A stretch of 64,000 bases of DNA from Alphaproteobacteria bacterium (GTDB lineage: Bacteria; Pseudomonadota; Alphaproteobacteria; UBA7887). The position numbers were made by a program, and so were the translations under genes. The notes below the pieces were generated by a model. It saw nothing but the letters and a program-made list of their open reading frames with translations. It was not told the origin of the DNA and made no database searches. Positions 27,195-37,251 of this stretch are shown here, one piece after another (position 1 is the stretch's first letter; the number at the start of each line of letters is the position of its first letter). The DNA is taken from NCBI GenBank assembly GCA_965216755.1, contig CBDCGL010000011.1:3712001-3776000 (forward strand), in the 5' to 3' direction.

Positions 27195-27671
27195 TCAGCA
27201 CTTGGCGGTGTTTGTCGCGGTGTCGCCGAACCAGCCGGTTTGGCGCAGCGCCTCGGAAAGCACGATCGCCGCGGCAACGGCGACATTGTGCGAACGCATG
27301 CCGGGCGCCGTGGGGATCGCAATGCGGTCGTCAACCGTGTCGTGAACAGTATCGGGCGCGCCCGCGCTTTCGCGACCCAACAATAGTGTATCCGTCGGTT
27401 GGAAGGCAAAGTCCGTGAAGGTGGTGACCGCGCGGGTCGTCAACAGGATCAGGCGCCCATCGGCGCGGCGGTCGAGAAACTGCCGCCACGACGGATGGCG
27501 GACCCAGGTGACGTGGTCGACATAGTCCATCGCGGCGCGTTTTAGCTTGCTGTCGTTGAGCACAAAACCGGCCGGTTCGATGATATCGACCGCGACCGCA
27601 AAACAAGCCGCAAGCCTGAATATGGCCCCTGTGTTACCGGCGATATCGGGTTGATAAAGTGCCAAACGCAT
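27195..27671 (-). CDS. trmL: tRNA (cytidine(34)-2'-O)-methyltransferase
   Basis: LYQPDIAGNTG, IIEPAGF, RAAMDY, GRESAG, RSHNVA. Confidence 0.9.
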   Translation of the reverse strand: MRLALYQPDIAGNTGAIFRLAACFAVAVDIIEPAGFVLNDSKLKRAAMDYVDHVTWVRHPSWRQFLDRRADGRLILLTTRAVTTFTDFAFQPTDTLLLGRESAGAPDTVHDTVDDRIAIPTAPGMRSHNVAVAAAIVLSEALRQTGWFGDTATNTAKC

Positions 27672-27851
27672 ATCTTTGCTGCCTGCCACGGCGCGCCGGG
27701 CACGCCAAACAGGGCGGCCAGGCGGGTGGTCTCGGAGAGCGGTTCGAACTGACAAAACCCACCCTAGACATTATTTGCGGTTTAGGGCAAAACACCGGCG
27801 TCCAACGCGGCCATGCGCGCCCTTTCACGGACCATTCAAGGACATATATCC

Positions 27852-28394
27852 ATGGCGAAAACGCCCGCTCCGACTGCCGGCGACACAATCACCGAGGGTG
27901 AAACGCGGCGCGACTTTCTATATGTCGCGACCGGAGCTGTCGGCACGGTCGGCACCGTCGCCACGATTTGGCCGTTGCTCCATCAGATGAACCCATCGGC
28001 CGAAGTTTTGGCGTTGGCCAGTATCGAGGTCGACTTGTCGGCGATCGAACCGGGGCAAGAGGTGACGGTCGAATGGCGTGGCAAACCGGTATTCATTCGC
28101 CATCGTACAGGTGATGAAATTGCCGAGGCGCGCGATGTCACGCTTGAGGAACTGCCCGATCCACAAGCCGATGAAGAGCGCGCGGAGCGTCCGGAATGGC
28201 TTATTCTGGTCGGCGTCTGTACGCATTTGGGCTGTGTGCCATTGGGCCAGCAGGGCGACTATGACGGGTGGTTTTGCCCCTGCCATGGCTCCCATTACGA
28301 CATTTCCGGCCGCATCCGCGAAGGGCCGGCGCCGACCAACTTGCCGGTGCCCGAGTATGTGTTTTTGGACGACTCGACGGTTCGCATCGGATGA
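27852..28394 (+). CDS. petA: Ubiquinol-cytochrome c reductase Rieske subunit
   Basis: Tat motif [30 protein letters not shown]. Confidence 0.97.
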   Translation: MAKTPAPTAGDTITEGETRRDFLYVATGAVGTVGTVATIWPLLHQMNPSAEVLALASIEVDLSAIEPGQEVTVEWRGKPVFIRHRTGDEIAEARDVTLEELPDPQADEERAERPEWLILVGVCTHLGCVPLGQQGDYDGWFCPCHGSHYDISGRIREGPAPTNLPVPEYVFLDDSTVRIG

Positions 28395-28452
28395 CGCGCA
28401 GGACCGTTATCGGGGTCATGGTTACCGTATACCGGAATAGGGGCGGGGCGAC

Positions 28453-29688
28453 ATGAGCGACGTTTCAGCAGGCCGTCGGATCGTACAGTGGCTGGACTAT
28501 CGCCTGCCCATATTTACTTTCGCCAATCATTCGTTGGTTGAATACCCAACGCCGCGCAATTTGAGCTATTGGTGGAATTTCGGCTCGCTGGCCGGTATCG
28601 CCTTGGTCATTCAAATCGCGACCGGAATCGTTTTGGCGATGCACTATACCCCGCATGTCGATTACGCGTTCGACAGCGTTGAACACATCATGCGCGACGT
28701 GAACTTCGGTTGGCTGCTCCGTTACATTCACGCCAATGGCGGGTCGGCGTTTTTCGCGGTGGTCTACATTCACATTTTCCGCGGGCTCTATTACGGCTCC
28801 TACAAGAACCCGCGCGAAGTGCTGTGGTGGCTCGGTGTTTTCATCTTGATTGCCATGATGGCGACGGCCTTCATGGGCTATGTGCTGCCCTGGGGGCAGA
28901 TGAGTTTTTGGGCGGCCACAGTGATCACCAATCTGTTTTCCGCCGTGCCGTTGATCGGCGAATCGATCGTCACCTGGCTGTGGGGCGGATTCTCGGTCGG
29001 TAACGCAACGCTCAACCGGTTCTACTCACTGCATTACCTGTTGCCGTTCGTCATCGTCGCCTTGGTTTTCTTGCACCTGTGGGCGCTACATCGGTTTGGC
29101 TCAAACAACCCGTTGGGCATAGATACCAAAGGACCGCAGGACCAGATCCCGTTCCATCCCTACTACACGGTCAAAGATTTGTTTGGCATGGGCGTGTTTT
29201 TGATCGTGCTGTGCGCATTCGTGTTTTATGCGCCCAACTATCTCAGCCACCCAGACAACTACATTCCCGCCGATCCTCTGGTGACACCGGCGCATATCGT
29301 GCCTGAATGGTACTTCTTGCCGTTCTACGCGATCTTGCGTTCAGTACCCGACAAGTTGGGCGGCGTTGTGTTGATGTTTGCGTCGATCTTCGTGCTGTTT
29401 TTGCTGCCATGGCTCGATACGTCCAAGGTGCGCAGTGCCCGCTTCCGGCCGATTTACAAGCAAGTTTCGTGGCTGTTGGTGGTCGATGCGATCGTGCTGG
29501 GTTGGGCGGGCGCGCAGGCGGCCGAAGGCGTGCCGTTGTTGATCGGGCGCGCGGCAACCGCCTACTACTTCATACACTTTTTGATTTTGATGCCCCTGAT
29601 CGGCGTGTTGGAACGGCCACGGCCCTTGCCGACCAGCATCGCCGAGCCCGTCTTGGGCGGGCGAACCGACGCCGTGGAGAAAGCATGA
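28453..29688 (+). CDS. petB: Cytochrome b
   Basis: [37 protein letters not shown]. Confidence 0.98.
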   Translation: MSDVSAGRRIVQWLDYRLPIFTFANHSLVEYPTPRNLSYWWNFGSLAGIALVIQIATGIVLAMHYTPHVDYAFDSVEHIMRDVNFGWLLRYIHANGGSAFFAVVYIHIFRGLYYGSYKNPREVLWWLGVFILIAMMATAFMGYVLPWGQMSFWAATVITNLFSAVPLIGESIVTWLWGGFSVGNATLNRFYSLHYLLPFVIVALVFLHLWALHRFGSNNPLGIDTKGPQDQIPFHPYYTVKDLFGMGVFLIVLCAFVFYAPNYLSHPDNYIPADPLVTPAHIVPEWYFLPFYAILRSVPDKLGGVVLMFASIFVLFLLPWLDTSKVRSARFRPIYKQVSWLLVVDAIVLGWAGAQAAEGVPLLIGRAATAYYFIHFLILMPLIGVLERPRPLPTSIAEPVLGGRTDAVEKA

Positions 29689-30455
29689 TGGCGCATCGCT
29701 GGATCGCGGGCGGCGCGTTGATCGCCGCATGGCTGTTGGCTGCGACGCAGAGCATGGCGGCGACCGAGGCGGAAGCGCCGCCGGCCCATGATTGGTCGTT
29801 CGGCGGACTGTTCGGTAAATTCGATCGTGCGCAAGTACAGCGCGGGCTGCACGTTTATCAAGAGATGTGTTCCGGCTGTCACGGTCTAAAGCGGATCGCC
29901 TACCGCAACTTGGCCGAGATCGGCTACAACGAAGATCAGATTAAGGCCTACGCGGCCGAATTCACGGTTGAGGACGGCCCGAACGAAGAGGGCGACATGT
30001 TTGAACGGCCGGCGCGGCCGAGCGATTATTTCCCCTCACCTTATGCCAACAAAAAGGCCGCCGCATTCATGAACAGCGGCGCGGTGCCGCCGGATCTATC
30101 CCTGATAAACAAAGCGCGGCTCGGCGGTGCCGATTATGTCCGCGCCTTGCTGATGGGGTACGAGACCGACCCAGGGGATCACGAAGTCCAAGAGGGCTTG
30201 AACTACAACCCCTATTTCCCCGGTGGCGCGTTGGCCATGCCGCAGCCCCTCTATGGCGATGATGTTGAATATGCCGATGGAACGCCCGCGACGATCGAGC
30301 AGGAAGCTACCGACGTCGCGGCATTTCTGGAATGGGCGGCGGAGCCGAACCTGGAAGCTCGCAAGCAGATGGGTCTACGCGTGATGATTTTCCTGATCGT
30401 ACTGACCGCGCTGCTCTATGCCACCAAACGCAAAGTCTGGCGCGACGTGCATTGA
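29685..30455 (+). CDS. petC: Cytochrome c1
   Basis: [29 protein letters not shown]-terminal TM anchor. ATGA overlap with petB. Confidence 0.96.
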   Translation: MMAHRWIAGGALIAAWLLAATQSMAATEAEAPPAHDWSFGGLFGKFDRAQVQRGLHVYQEMCSGCHGLKRIAYRNLAEIGYNEDQIKAYAAEFTVEDGPNEEGDMFERPARPSDYFPSPYANKKAAAFMNSGAVPPDLSLINKARLGGADYVRALLMGYETDPGDHEVQEGLNYNPYFPGGALAMPQPLYGDDVEYADGTPATIEQEATDVAAFLEWAAEPNLEARKQMGLRVMIFLIVLTALLYATKRKVWRDVH

Positions 30456-30472
30456 CGCAAACCGGGTCGGTG

Positions 30473-31354
30473 TTAAGGCGTCGGCTTCAACACGCGCCCG
30501 GCGATCGCGTCGAGTTTCGCCATCAAGGCGGGATCGCGCGCGTCCGGCGCCGTGACCAGCGCCGTGTCGAGCGCCGTTTGGCAACCATGGGGGCAGGGCG
30601 TCGGCGCATTGGCCAGCCGCGGCACGGTCGCCTTGACCAAGGCCCGCGCCTTATCCGCGTTGCTGAACAACACGTGTAGGATCGCGTCCACCGTGACGTT
30701 GTCATGGTCCGGATGCCAGCAATCGTAGTCCGTTACCATGGCCACGGTGGCGTAACAAATCTCGGCCTCGCGGGCGAGTTTGGCTTCCGGCATGTTGGTC
30801 ATGCCGATCACGTCGCAGCCCCAACCATGATAAAGCTCGGACTCGGCCAAAGTGGAGAATTGCGGCCCTTCCATGGCCAAATAGGTGCCGCCACGCACCA
30901 TGGCGATGTCACTGTCCGTGGCCGCCGCCGCCAGTTCATCGCCCAAACGGGCGCAGACGGGATGGGCCATCGACACATGGCCGACCAGCCCGGGGCCAAA
31001 GAAGCTCTTGTCGCGGGCAAAGGTCCGATCGATGAACTGGTCGACCAGCACGAACGTGCCCGGGGTCAATGCCTCCTTGAACGAGCCAACCGCGCTGACT
31101 GATAGGATTTGTGTGCAGCCGACCCGCTTCAGGGCATCGATGTTGGCGTGATAATTGATGTGGCTCGGCGACAATTTGTGGCCGCGACCATGGCGGGGCA
31201 CAAATACCACCTTTTGCCCGTCAAGGCGGCCGAACAAAAACGCATCGGACGGTGCACCGAACGGCGTCTCCACGTGGCGCCATTCGGTTTCCGTCAAACC
31301 CTCCAAATCATAAACGCCGCTGCCGCCGATGACGCCGACAACCGGTTCGCTCAT
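30473..31354 (-). CDS. mtnP: S-methyl-5'-thioadenosine phosphorylase
   Basis: GVIGGSG, TPFG.PS, RHGRGH, EGPQFSTLAES, GMTNMPEAKLAREAE, TDYDCWH. Confidence 0.93.
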   Translation of the reverse strand: MSEPVVGVIGGSGVYDLEGLTETEWRHVETPFGAPSDAFLFGRLDGQKVVFVPRHGRGHKLSPSHINYHANIDALKRVGCTQILSVSAVGSFKEALTPGTFVLVDQFIDRTFARDKSFFGPGLVGHVSMAHPVCARLGDELAAAATDSDIAMVRGGTYLAMEGPQFSTLAESELYHGWGCDVIGMTNMPEAKLAREAEICYATVAMVTDYDCWHPDHDNVTVDAILHVLFSNADKARALVKATVPRLANAPTPCPHGCQTALDTALVTAPDARDPALMAKLDAIAGRVLKPTP

Positions 31355-31376
31355 AATAGCCACGTTTCCGTTATTA

Positions 31377-31760
31377 TTACTCGATACCGAGCAGCTGGAC
31401 TTCGAACACCAGCGTTGAATGCGCTGGAATCAAGCCATTGCCGACACTGCGATCGCCATACGCCAATTCGGGCGGGATGGTCAACCGGCGTACGCCACCG
31501 ATCGCCATCCCGGCAACGCCACGATCCCAACCTTGAATAACTTCACCAGCGCCGAGTTGAAATGTGAATGGTTGGCCGCGGTCGAGCGAGCTGTCGAACT
31601 TGGTGCCGTCGGTTAGCCAGCCGGTATAGTGGACCGATACCTTATCGCCGGGGCTGGCAACCGCGCCGTCGCCCGTCTCGATATCTTCCATTTCAATCGA
31701 GGCGGCCATGGCCACCACCGGTACAATGAGCATCACCAATGTGATGAAGATCCGTCGCAT
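31377..31760 (-). CDS. FKBP-type peptidyl-prolyl isomerase, exported
   Basis: [52 protein letters not shown]. Confidence 0.93.
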   Translation of the reverse strand: MRRIFITLVMLIVPVVAMAASIEMEDIETGDGAVASPGDKVSVHYTGWLTDGTKFDSSLDRGQPFTFQLGAGEVIQGWDRGVAGMAIGGVRRLTIPPELAYGDRSVGNGLIPAHSTLVFEVQLLGIE

Positions 31761-31871
31761 GCATTGTCTTCCTTGTTGTCCCGGGTTGGGGGTTGCCGAG
31801 GGCGCGCAGTGTTGCATCTGACGCCATCATCGTCCAGGTAGCGCCGTTCTTTGTCTCAATTGGCGCATAGC

Positions 31872-32054
31872 TCATCCGACATGGTCGGCCAGGAACGCCG
31901 TGGTCCGCGCGCCGTGCAAATATGTTCCTTGACAGCAAAGATCTATTGTCCGACTGCCGGGCCTCCCCGGCGTCCGCCATTGCGGCGCGCATCGACGCGT
32001 ATAGGCGTCGAACATGTGGTTGTCGGCGGCGGTCACTATGACGGATTCACCCAT
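31872..32054 (-). pseudogene. Dienelactone hydrolase family remnant
   Basis: N-terminus MGESVIVTAADNHMFDAY. A shifted frame reads GGRRGGPAVGQ*IFAVKEHI (cf. GGxVxQEIFGVNxHI). This joins directly to a family-like C-terminus ARTTAFLADHVG*. Confidence 0.7.
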
Positions 32055-32253
32055 CGTGTCGCCCATTCTCGATTTTGACCCTCAGATTTGCCGTTGAGAT
32101 TACGCGATTCCTCTAACTGAAGGTATCGACTTTGCGCCACGCGATGCGATGGTGGCTGTTACGCGCGGCGGCGGGGCTTGGTTTTTTGACCCAATCGGAT
32201 GATTATGGGGCCGATTAATTTGACACGTTGACGGTTTCGGGGGCCGGTGGACG

Positions 32254-33834
32254 ATGTCGCGAAAAATAGGTTCGTGCGTGCCGAATGATCGGCGACAACC
32301 GACAGTTCTGAGCCGGGGCCTTGCCATTTGCGCCATCATTGCGAGCGGATTGGCTGGTTGTGGCGGTGCTGAATCGGATACCCAGGGTGCCCGGCCGTCA
32401 GCCGCCGCACCCTACACCGATCGCTGGGACCAGGGCGATCATTTGCGGCAGCTTGTCGCCGCACAGCGCTTTGATGCCGCGGCTGCGCTGATTGCCAGCG
32501 AGCGCGCCTATTTTGCTGCGGATTGGGACACGCACCGCGACACCGTCGCCAGAGTCGCCGATGGCCTCAATGCGCAATTCGCCGGCCGTTTGGAAGCGGC
32601 CCGTGGTGGTTTGGCGACGGTGCGTTGGCCGGCGCCGCAACAGGATTGGCCGGCCTTTCGGCAGGCATTCGCAGCCGCGCAACGCGTCATGGATGAGTAT
32701 GACGCCGTGCCGTTGTTCCAAGATCGGACATTTCGTTCGGACCTGGCGGATGAGGTCGCGTTGCGCCTCGCCCAAGACAAAGCGCGGCTGGATCGTTTCG
32801 CGCCGGAAAGCTTCGTGCTGTTTGACCATTTCGGCCGGCAGTCGTTTTTTGATGTATGGCCCACGGACCTTGATCGGCGGGCTTTCATGTCAGCCCATTT
32901 CGGCAACATCGAAAACCAACTGAGTCAGGCGACGCCCGCGCAATTGTTGCGATTCAGGGACCTTTATCCGCAAGACGAGGTGGTTGTCGGGCGCGCGGCC
33001 GAGAATATCGCCAATCTCTACGTTACTGCCATATTGGCCGATTTCGGCGGTCCCGTGGCCGACGTCAAGCCGTTGCTTGAAGCGTTGATTGCCGCCAATG
33101 CGCAGGGCTTTTCACCGACACAGGCGTCCGGCCTGACGATAGCCGCGGCAGATGTTTCCGAAGGTGTACCGGCGGCGGCCAGTGCGCGCCCGTTCCGGGC
33201 CGCAATCGCGCCCGATCTTGCCGGCATTACATGGCTCGGCAACCGCGCCAATCCATTGGCCACGCCCGACGCCCAGGCGGCCGATATTTTTATTGGTTTG
33301 GCGACGGCGTCGTCCCGCGCAAACTTGGCACAGGTATCGACGGCGATGATCCCATCGACCGCTCTGGAGGCGTCGCGCTTGGCGTTCGCGCCGACATTCG
33401 TGGCTGCGTGGCGTCAGGCCGTCGACGTGGCCAAAGGCGATCCGGCGGAGGTTTATCGCTTGGTGTCCGCGCAGGGCCCGGCCAGCGCGGCCGCCGACTC
33501 GGTCGTATCCGTAATGGCCGTGGACGGTGCTGGCGCGCTGCTGTCGCACTTGCAGTATCGCGAATATGCCTTCCGGCAGAGCCGTTTCACCGGCGACAAG
33601 CGCGTCACGCTGGTCTACACGATCATTGATCGAAGGCGGGGCGCGCAGTTTGAAGATGTCATGACGGTGAACGAACAGCGCGACTTCAAGGTACTGGTTG
33701 GGGTGCGCGACAACGACCCCTTGCGCGCGTTCCATTTCGCCGACGGCGCAACCGAAGAAGAAATCAGCCAATGGGATCGGCAACCGATGGAGGTCCAACT
33801 ATCGGCATTGGTCAATAATTTCTTGGGACGCTAA
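32254..33834 (+). CDS. Hypothetical lipoprotein
   Basis: 526-aa ORF with lipobox LAGC and host-like codon usage. No domain recognised. Confidence 0.65.
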   Translation: MSRKIGSCVPNDRRQPTVLSRGLAICAIIASGLAGCGGAESDTQGARPSAAAPYTDRWDQGDHLRQLVAAQRFDAAAALIASERAYFAADWDTHRDTVARVADGLNAQFAGRLEAARGGLATVRWPAPQQDWPAFRQAFAAAQRVMDEYDAVPLFQDRTFRSDLADEVALRLAQDKARLDRFAPESFVLFDHFGRQSFFDVWPTDLDRRAFMSAHFGNIENQLSQATPAQLLRFRDLYPQDEVVVGRAAENIANLYVTAILADFGGPVADVKPLLEALIAANAQGFSPTQASGLTIAAADVSEGVPAAASARPFRAAIAPDLAGITWLGNRANPLATPDAQAADIFIGLATASSRANLAQVSTAMIPSTALEASRLAFAPTFVAAWRQAVDVAKGDPAEVYRLVSAQGPASAAADSVVSVMAVDGAGALLSHLQYREYAFRQSRFTGDKRVTLVYTIIDRRRGAQFEDVMTVNEQRDFKVLVGVRDNDPLRAFHFADGATEEEISQWDRQPMEVQLSALVNNFLGR

Positions 33835-34331
33835 GAAATCTTCATCTGAATTTGTTGATACCTTCGACGCAAACAAAATTCGTCAGTTTGGGCGAAGATC
33901 ACTGTGTGACGATACGATATCCTTCTTTCCGTGTAGGGTGCTCTGATCCGTCTAGATTGTGAAATGCCCTTGATAAATCACCGGTATCAGGGATGAAATC
34001 TCTGTGCGTATCGTAGAGTCTCTATGACGATATTTGGAATATCTTGGTGGCAAAATTGATTTTCTATTGTAATAGAAAGAATATGTTCTGATTAAACGAA
34101 AACGACGGTCTTTGGCCTTCATTGCGATTAAGCATAACAAACTAAATTGTTATCCAACGACTGGATATTCTAAGAAGATTTCGTCACATATTGCGTGGAT
34201 ATAGGGATTCTTATATCAGTCCAAGAATGATGCGGTGGCGCTTTGAAAATTCCGTGAAGGCCAACAATTCTCAGCCACGCAAGGAAAATGAATCCCAGTG
34301 GCAAGGATTTCCCGCCAATGTCTAGGAATCC
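33835..34331. other. AT-rich non-coding or degraded segment next to the ychF 3' end
   Basis: Abrupt visible GC drop relative to both flanks. Only short ORFs. Confidence 0.6.
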
Positions 34332-35432
34332 TTAGACGTTAAACCGAAACAGCAGAACGTCCCCGTCAGCAATCACATAATCACGGCCTTCTTGGCGCAT
34401 CTTGCCCGCATCCTTCGCGTCTTGTTCTCCTCCACAAGCAATATAGTCGTCAAAACTGATCGTTTCGGCGCAAATGAAGCCACGTTCGAAATCGCTGTGG
34501 ATGTTTCCTGCGGCTTCGGCCGCCGGCGCGCCGCGGGGCACTGTCCAAGCCCGGGATTCTTTCGGACCGGCGGTAAAGAAAGTGATCAAGTCGAGCAGGG
34601 CATAACCGGCTCTGATCAGGCGCGACAGGCCGCTCTCCTCCAATCCCAGATCATTCAAAAATCCGGTGCGCTCGGCCGCGTCGTCGAGCTGTGCGATCTC
34701 CGCTTCGATTGCCGCGGAAATCACCACAGCTTGCGCGCCCTCCGCCGCCGCCATCTCGGCAACCTTGGTGCTATGGCCGTTGCCCGTGGCGACATCGCCT
34801 TCGTCGACATTGCAAACATAGAGGACTGGTTTTGCGGTAAGCAATTGCAGGGCCTGACAACGGGTGCGATCGGCACCGTCGAAAGCCAGCTTGCGCGCCG
34901 GGATGCCGTCGCGCAGCGCGGCCAACACCTGCTCCATAACCGACAACGTTGCGCGGGTTTCCTTGTCGCCGCCACGCGCGCGTTTGGCGCTCGCTTCCAC
35001 GCGTCGCTCCATGCTGTCTAAATCGGCCAGCAGCAATTCGGTGGATACAGTCTCAGCATCGCCGATCGGGTCGACGCGGCCGCCAACATGGGCAATGTTG
35101 TTATCTTCGAAACAACGCAAAACATGGGCGATCGCATCGACGCCGCGAATTTGGCCGAGAAACTGGTTGCCCAGCCCTTCCCCTTGGCTGGCCCCACGGA
35201 CCAGCCCGGCGATATCGACGAATTCGAGATGGGTTGGGACAACGCTTGGCGAACCGGCCAGTTTGGCGACTTGGTCAAGACGGTCATCGGGCACCGCGAC
35301 CCGGCCGACATTGGGCTCGATCGTGCAGAATGGATAGTTGGCGGCTTCGGCCGCCGCCGTGCTGGTCAGTGCGTTAAACAGCGTCGATTTGCCGACATTG
35401 GGCAGGCCGACAATGCCACAGTTAAATCCCAT
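34332..35432 (-). CDS. ychF: Redox-regulated ATPase YchF
   Basis: GIVGLPNVGKSTLFNAL, ANYPFCTIEPN, DIAGLV.GAS.GEGLGNQFL, FRFNV. Confidence 0.97.
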   Translation of the reverse strand: MGFNCGIVGLPNVGKSTLFNALTSTAAAEAANYPFCTIEPNVGRVAVPDDRLDQVAKLAGSPSVVPTHLEFVDIAGLVRGASQGEGLGNQFLGQIRGVDAIAHVLRCFEDNNIAHVGGRVDPIGDAETVSTELLLADLDSMERRVEASAKRARGGDKETRATLSVMEQVLAALRDGIPARKLAFDGADRTRCQALQLLTAKPVLYVCNVDEGDVATGNGHSTKVAEMAAAEGAQAVVISAAIEAEIAQLDDAAERTGFLNDLGLEESGLSRLIRAGYALLDLITFFTAGPKESRAWTVPRGAPAAEAAGNIHSDFERGFICAETISFDDYIACGGEQDAKDAGKMRQEGRDYVIADGDVLLFRFNV

Positions 35433-35440
35433 ATGGCGCC

Positions 35441-35878
35441 TAGCGCGATATCCGACAAAATTGAACGATCCTGCCGGCGCACATTTTCGCCAATATCAAG
35501 TCGCTGTCCGCAAGGCGTATCCGGCATACGGCCAAGGATAGCGGCGCAGGGATTGACGTAAAATCGCCCGGCCCCGCAGGTTTGTGGCTGGCGGGCCGCC
35601 ACTTTGTCGTATGACTTGCCCGATGCGCGCGTGCGGTGGATCGGACGTACGCTTGATCTCGCATCGAGCACCAGAGCGAACGTCCGATCCGTGAACCGCA
35701 CGAGATCCAAATATTCGGCTCGTGTCCTGACGAAACAGAAGTTCGTAAGGTGCCTGGGGTCAGACGTGACGAACTGCGGTTTCGGGACACGAGCATCGCG
35801 CTGCGGCGGCATTCGCGTGGATCGCGACGCCGCCGAGCCGCGAGCAGAATTGATCCAATTTTGTCGGACACGGCTCTA
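35441..35878. repeat. Palindromic MITE-like element, copy 2, with nested internal hairpins
   Basis: ~34-bp terminal inverted repeats with perfect TCCGACAAAATTG core, CTAG at both ends, core shared with 24852-25049, three extra stem-loops at 35630-35842. Confidence 0.8.
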
Positions 35879-36493
35879 GTCGCTGGCTTGGCGGTCGGTG
35901 GACGGGGTGTCTGACTTGGGCGGCCGCGGGTTCATGACCAGGGCGACTTTGTTCATGAAGTTGGCGTCATCGCCCCGTACCAGCTCCGGCGCCGCATCGG
36001 CGATTGCCGGCAGCATCCGGTCAAGCCATTCTTGATCGGCCTTGGCAAAGTCTTTCAGCACGTACCCGTGCACCATGTCGCGCTGGCCCGGATGGCCAAT
36101 GCCGATGCGCACGCGCCGGTAAGCCTTGCCGATATGGGCGTCGATGCTGCGAATGCCGTTATGGCCGCCGGCGCCGCCGCCCGTCTTGACCCTGAGTTTG
36201 CCTGGCGCCAGGTCAAGTTCGTCGTAAAGCACCACGATCGAATCGAGCTGCAGCTTGTAAAAGCGCGTGACTTCACCGACCGCGCGTCCGGACTCGTTCA
36301 TGAATGTCGTTGGCTTCAGGCCCAGCACGCGCGTGCCGGCGATATGGCCTTCGGCAATTTCACCCTGGAAACGACGTCGATAAGAGCCAAAGCGGTAACG
36401 CTGCGCGATGGCGTCAAGGGCCATGTAACCGACATTGTGACGATTCCAGACGTGTTTTGCGCCCGGATTGCCAAGACCGACGAACAACAACAC
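35876..36493 (-). CDS. pth: Peptidyl-tRNA hydrolase
   Basis: VGLGNPG, NRHNVG, KPTTFMNESG, DELDL, GGHNGIRS, RIGIGHP. Confidence 0.96.
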   Translation of the reverse strand: MLLFVGLGNPGAKHVWNRHNVGYMALDAIAQRYRFGSYRRRFQGEIAEGHIAGTRVLGLKPTTFMNESGRAVGEVTRFYKLQLDSIVVLYDELDLAPGKLRVKTGGGAGGHNGIRSIDAHIGKAYRRVRIGIGHPGQRDMVHGYVLKDFAKADQEWLDRMLPAIADAAPELVRGDDANFMNKVALVMNPRPPKSDTPSTDRQASD

Positions 36494-36512
36494 AACAGGT
36501 CACCGCTGATGC

Positions 36513-37178
36513 CTATTCGCTTTCATCTTCGGTCGCCGCGCCGTCGGCCTCGGCTTCAGCTTCAGTTTCGATGCCTTCCTCTTCCTCGGCGGTTTCCTCA
36601 GCCTCGTGGACAACTGTTGGCGCGGCTACGGTCGCGATCGTGAAGTCGCGATCCGTGATGGTCGGCTGCACGCCGTCGGGCAAAGCCACCGCGCTGATAT
36701 GTATCGAGTCGCCGATATCGTGGCCGGTCAGGTCGATCTCAATCGCTTCGGGGATCGAATCGGCCCGGCAATTCAGTTCCACTGTGTGCCGCACAATGTT
36801 GAGCACGCCACCGCGTTTCAAGCCAGGCGCCGCTTCTTCATTGGCGAAGTGAACCGCAACTTCCACATTGACCCGGGAATCAGCGGTCAGGCGCAAAAAG
36901 TCGACATGCAGCGGTGTGTCCTTGACCGGGTGAACTTGCACATCACGCGGCAATGCGCGGACCTTGGTGCCGTCCACATCAAGGTCATAGAGACGGCTAA
37001 AAAAACCTGGGTCGCGAAACGCAAGCGAGAAGGTCTTTTGATCGATGGCGATCGCCATTGGCGCTTCCGACGTGCCATAGACGATGCCCGGCACATTTCC
37101 GGTCCGGCGGCATGCGCGCGCCGCGCCGGTGCCGATTGCCGTACGCCGTTGTGCGGCCATGCCCGCAATTTCTGCCAT
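36513..37178 (-). CDS. rplY: 50S ribosomal protein L25 / Ctc
   Basis: R...G.GAARA.RR.G.VPGIVYG, DVQVHPV, HVDFLR, PGLKRGGVL, GDSIHIS, acidic tail. Confidence 0.95.
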   Translation of the reverse strand: MAEIAGMAAQRRTAIGTGAARACRRTGNVPGIVYGTSEAPMAIAIDQKTFSLAFRDPGFFSRLYDLDVDGTKVRALPRDVQVHPVKDTPLHVDFLRLTADSRVNVEVAVHFANEEAAPGLKRGGVLNIVRHTVELNCRADSIPEAIEIDLTGHDIGDSIHISAVALPDGVQPTITDRDFTIATVAAPTVVHEAEETAEEEEGIETEAEAEADGAATEDESE

Positions 37179-37251
37179 GTCATCCACTCCTCAAAGGCCA
37201 ATTTGCGCCGCCGTTTTCACTTCAGCGGATCTTTGCCGGGACCTTTCGATT

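Noticed and set aside
33952-34140. 62-aa ORF in the AT-rich tract
   Set aside because: No RBS or recognisable motif. Probably a chance ORF.
35441-35878. CRISPR array or tRNA/ncRNA gene
   Set aside because: No regularly spaced direct repeats, no cas genes and no cloverleaf. The pattern is inverted repeats.
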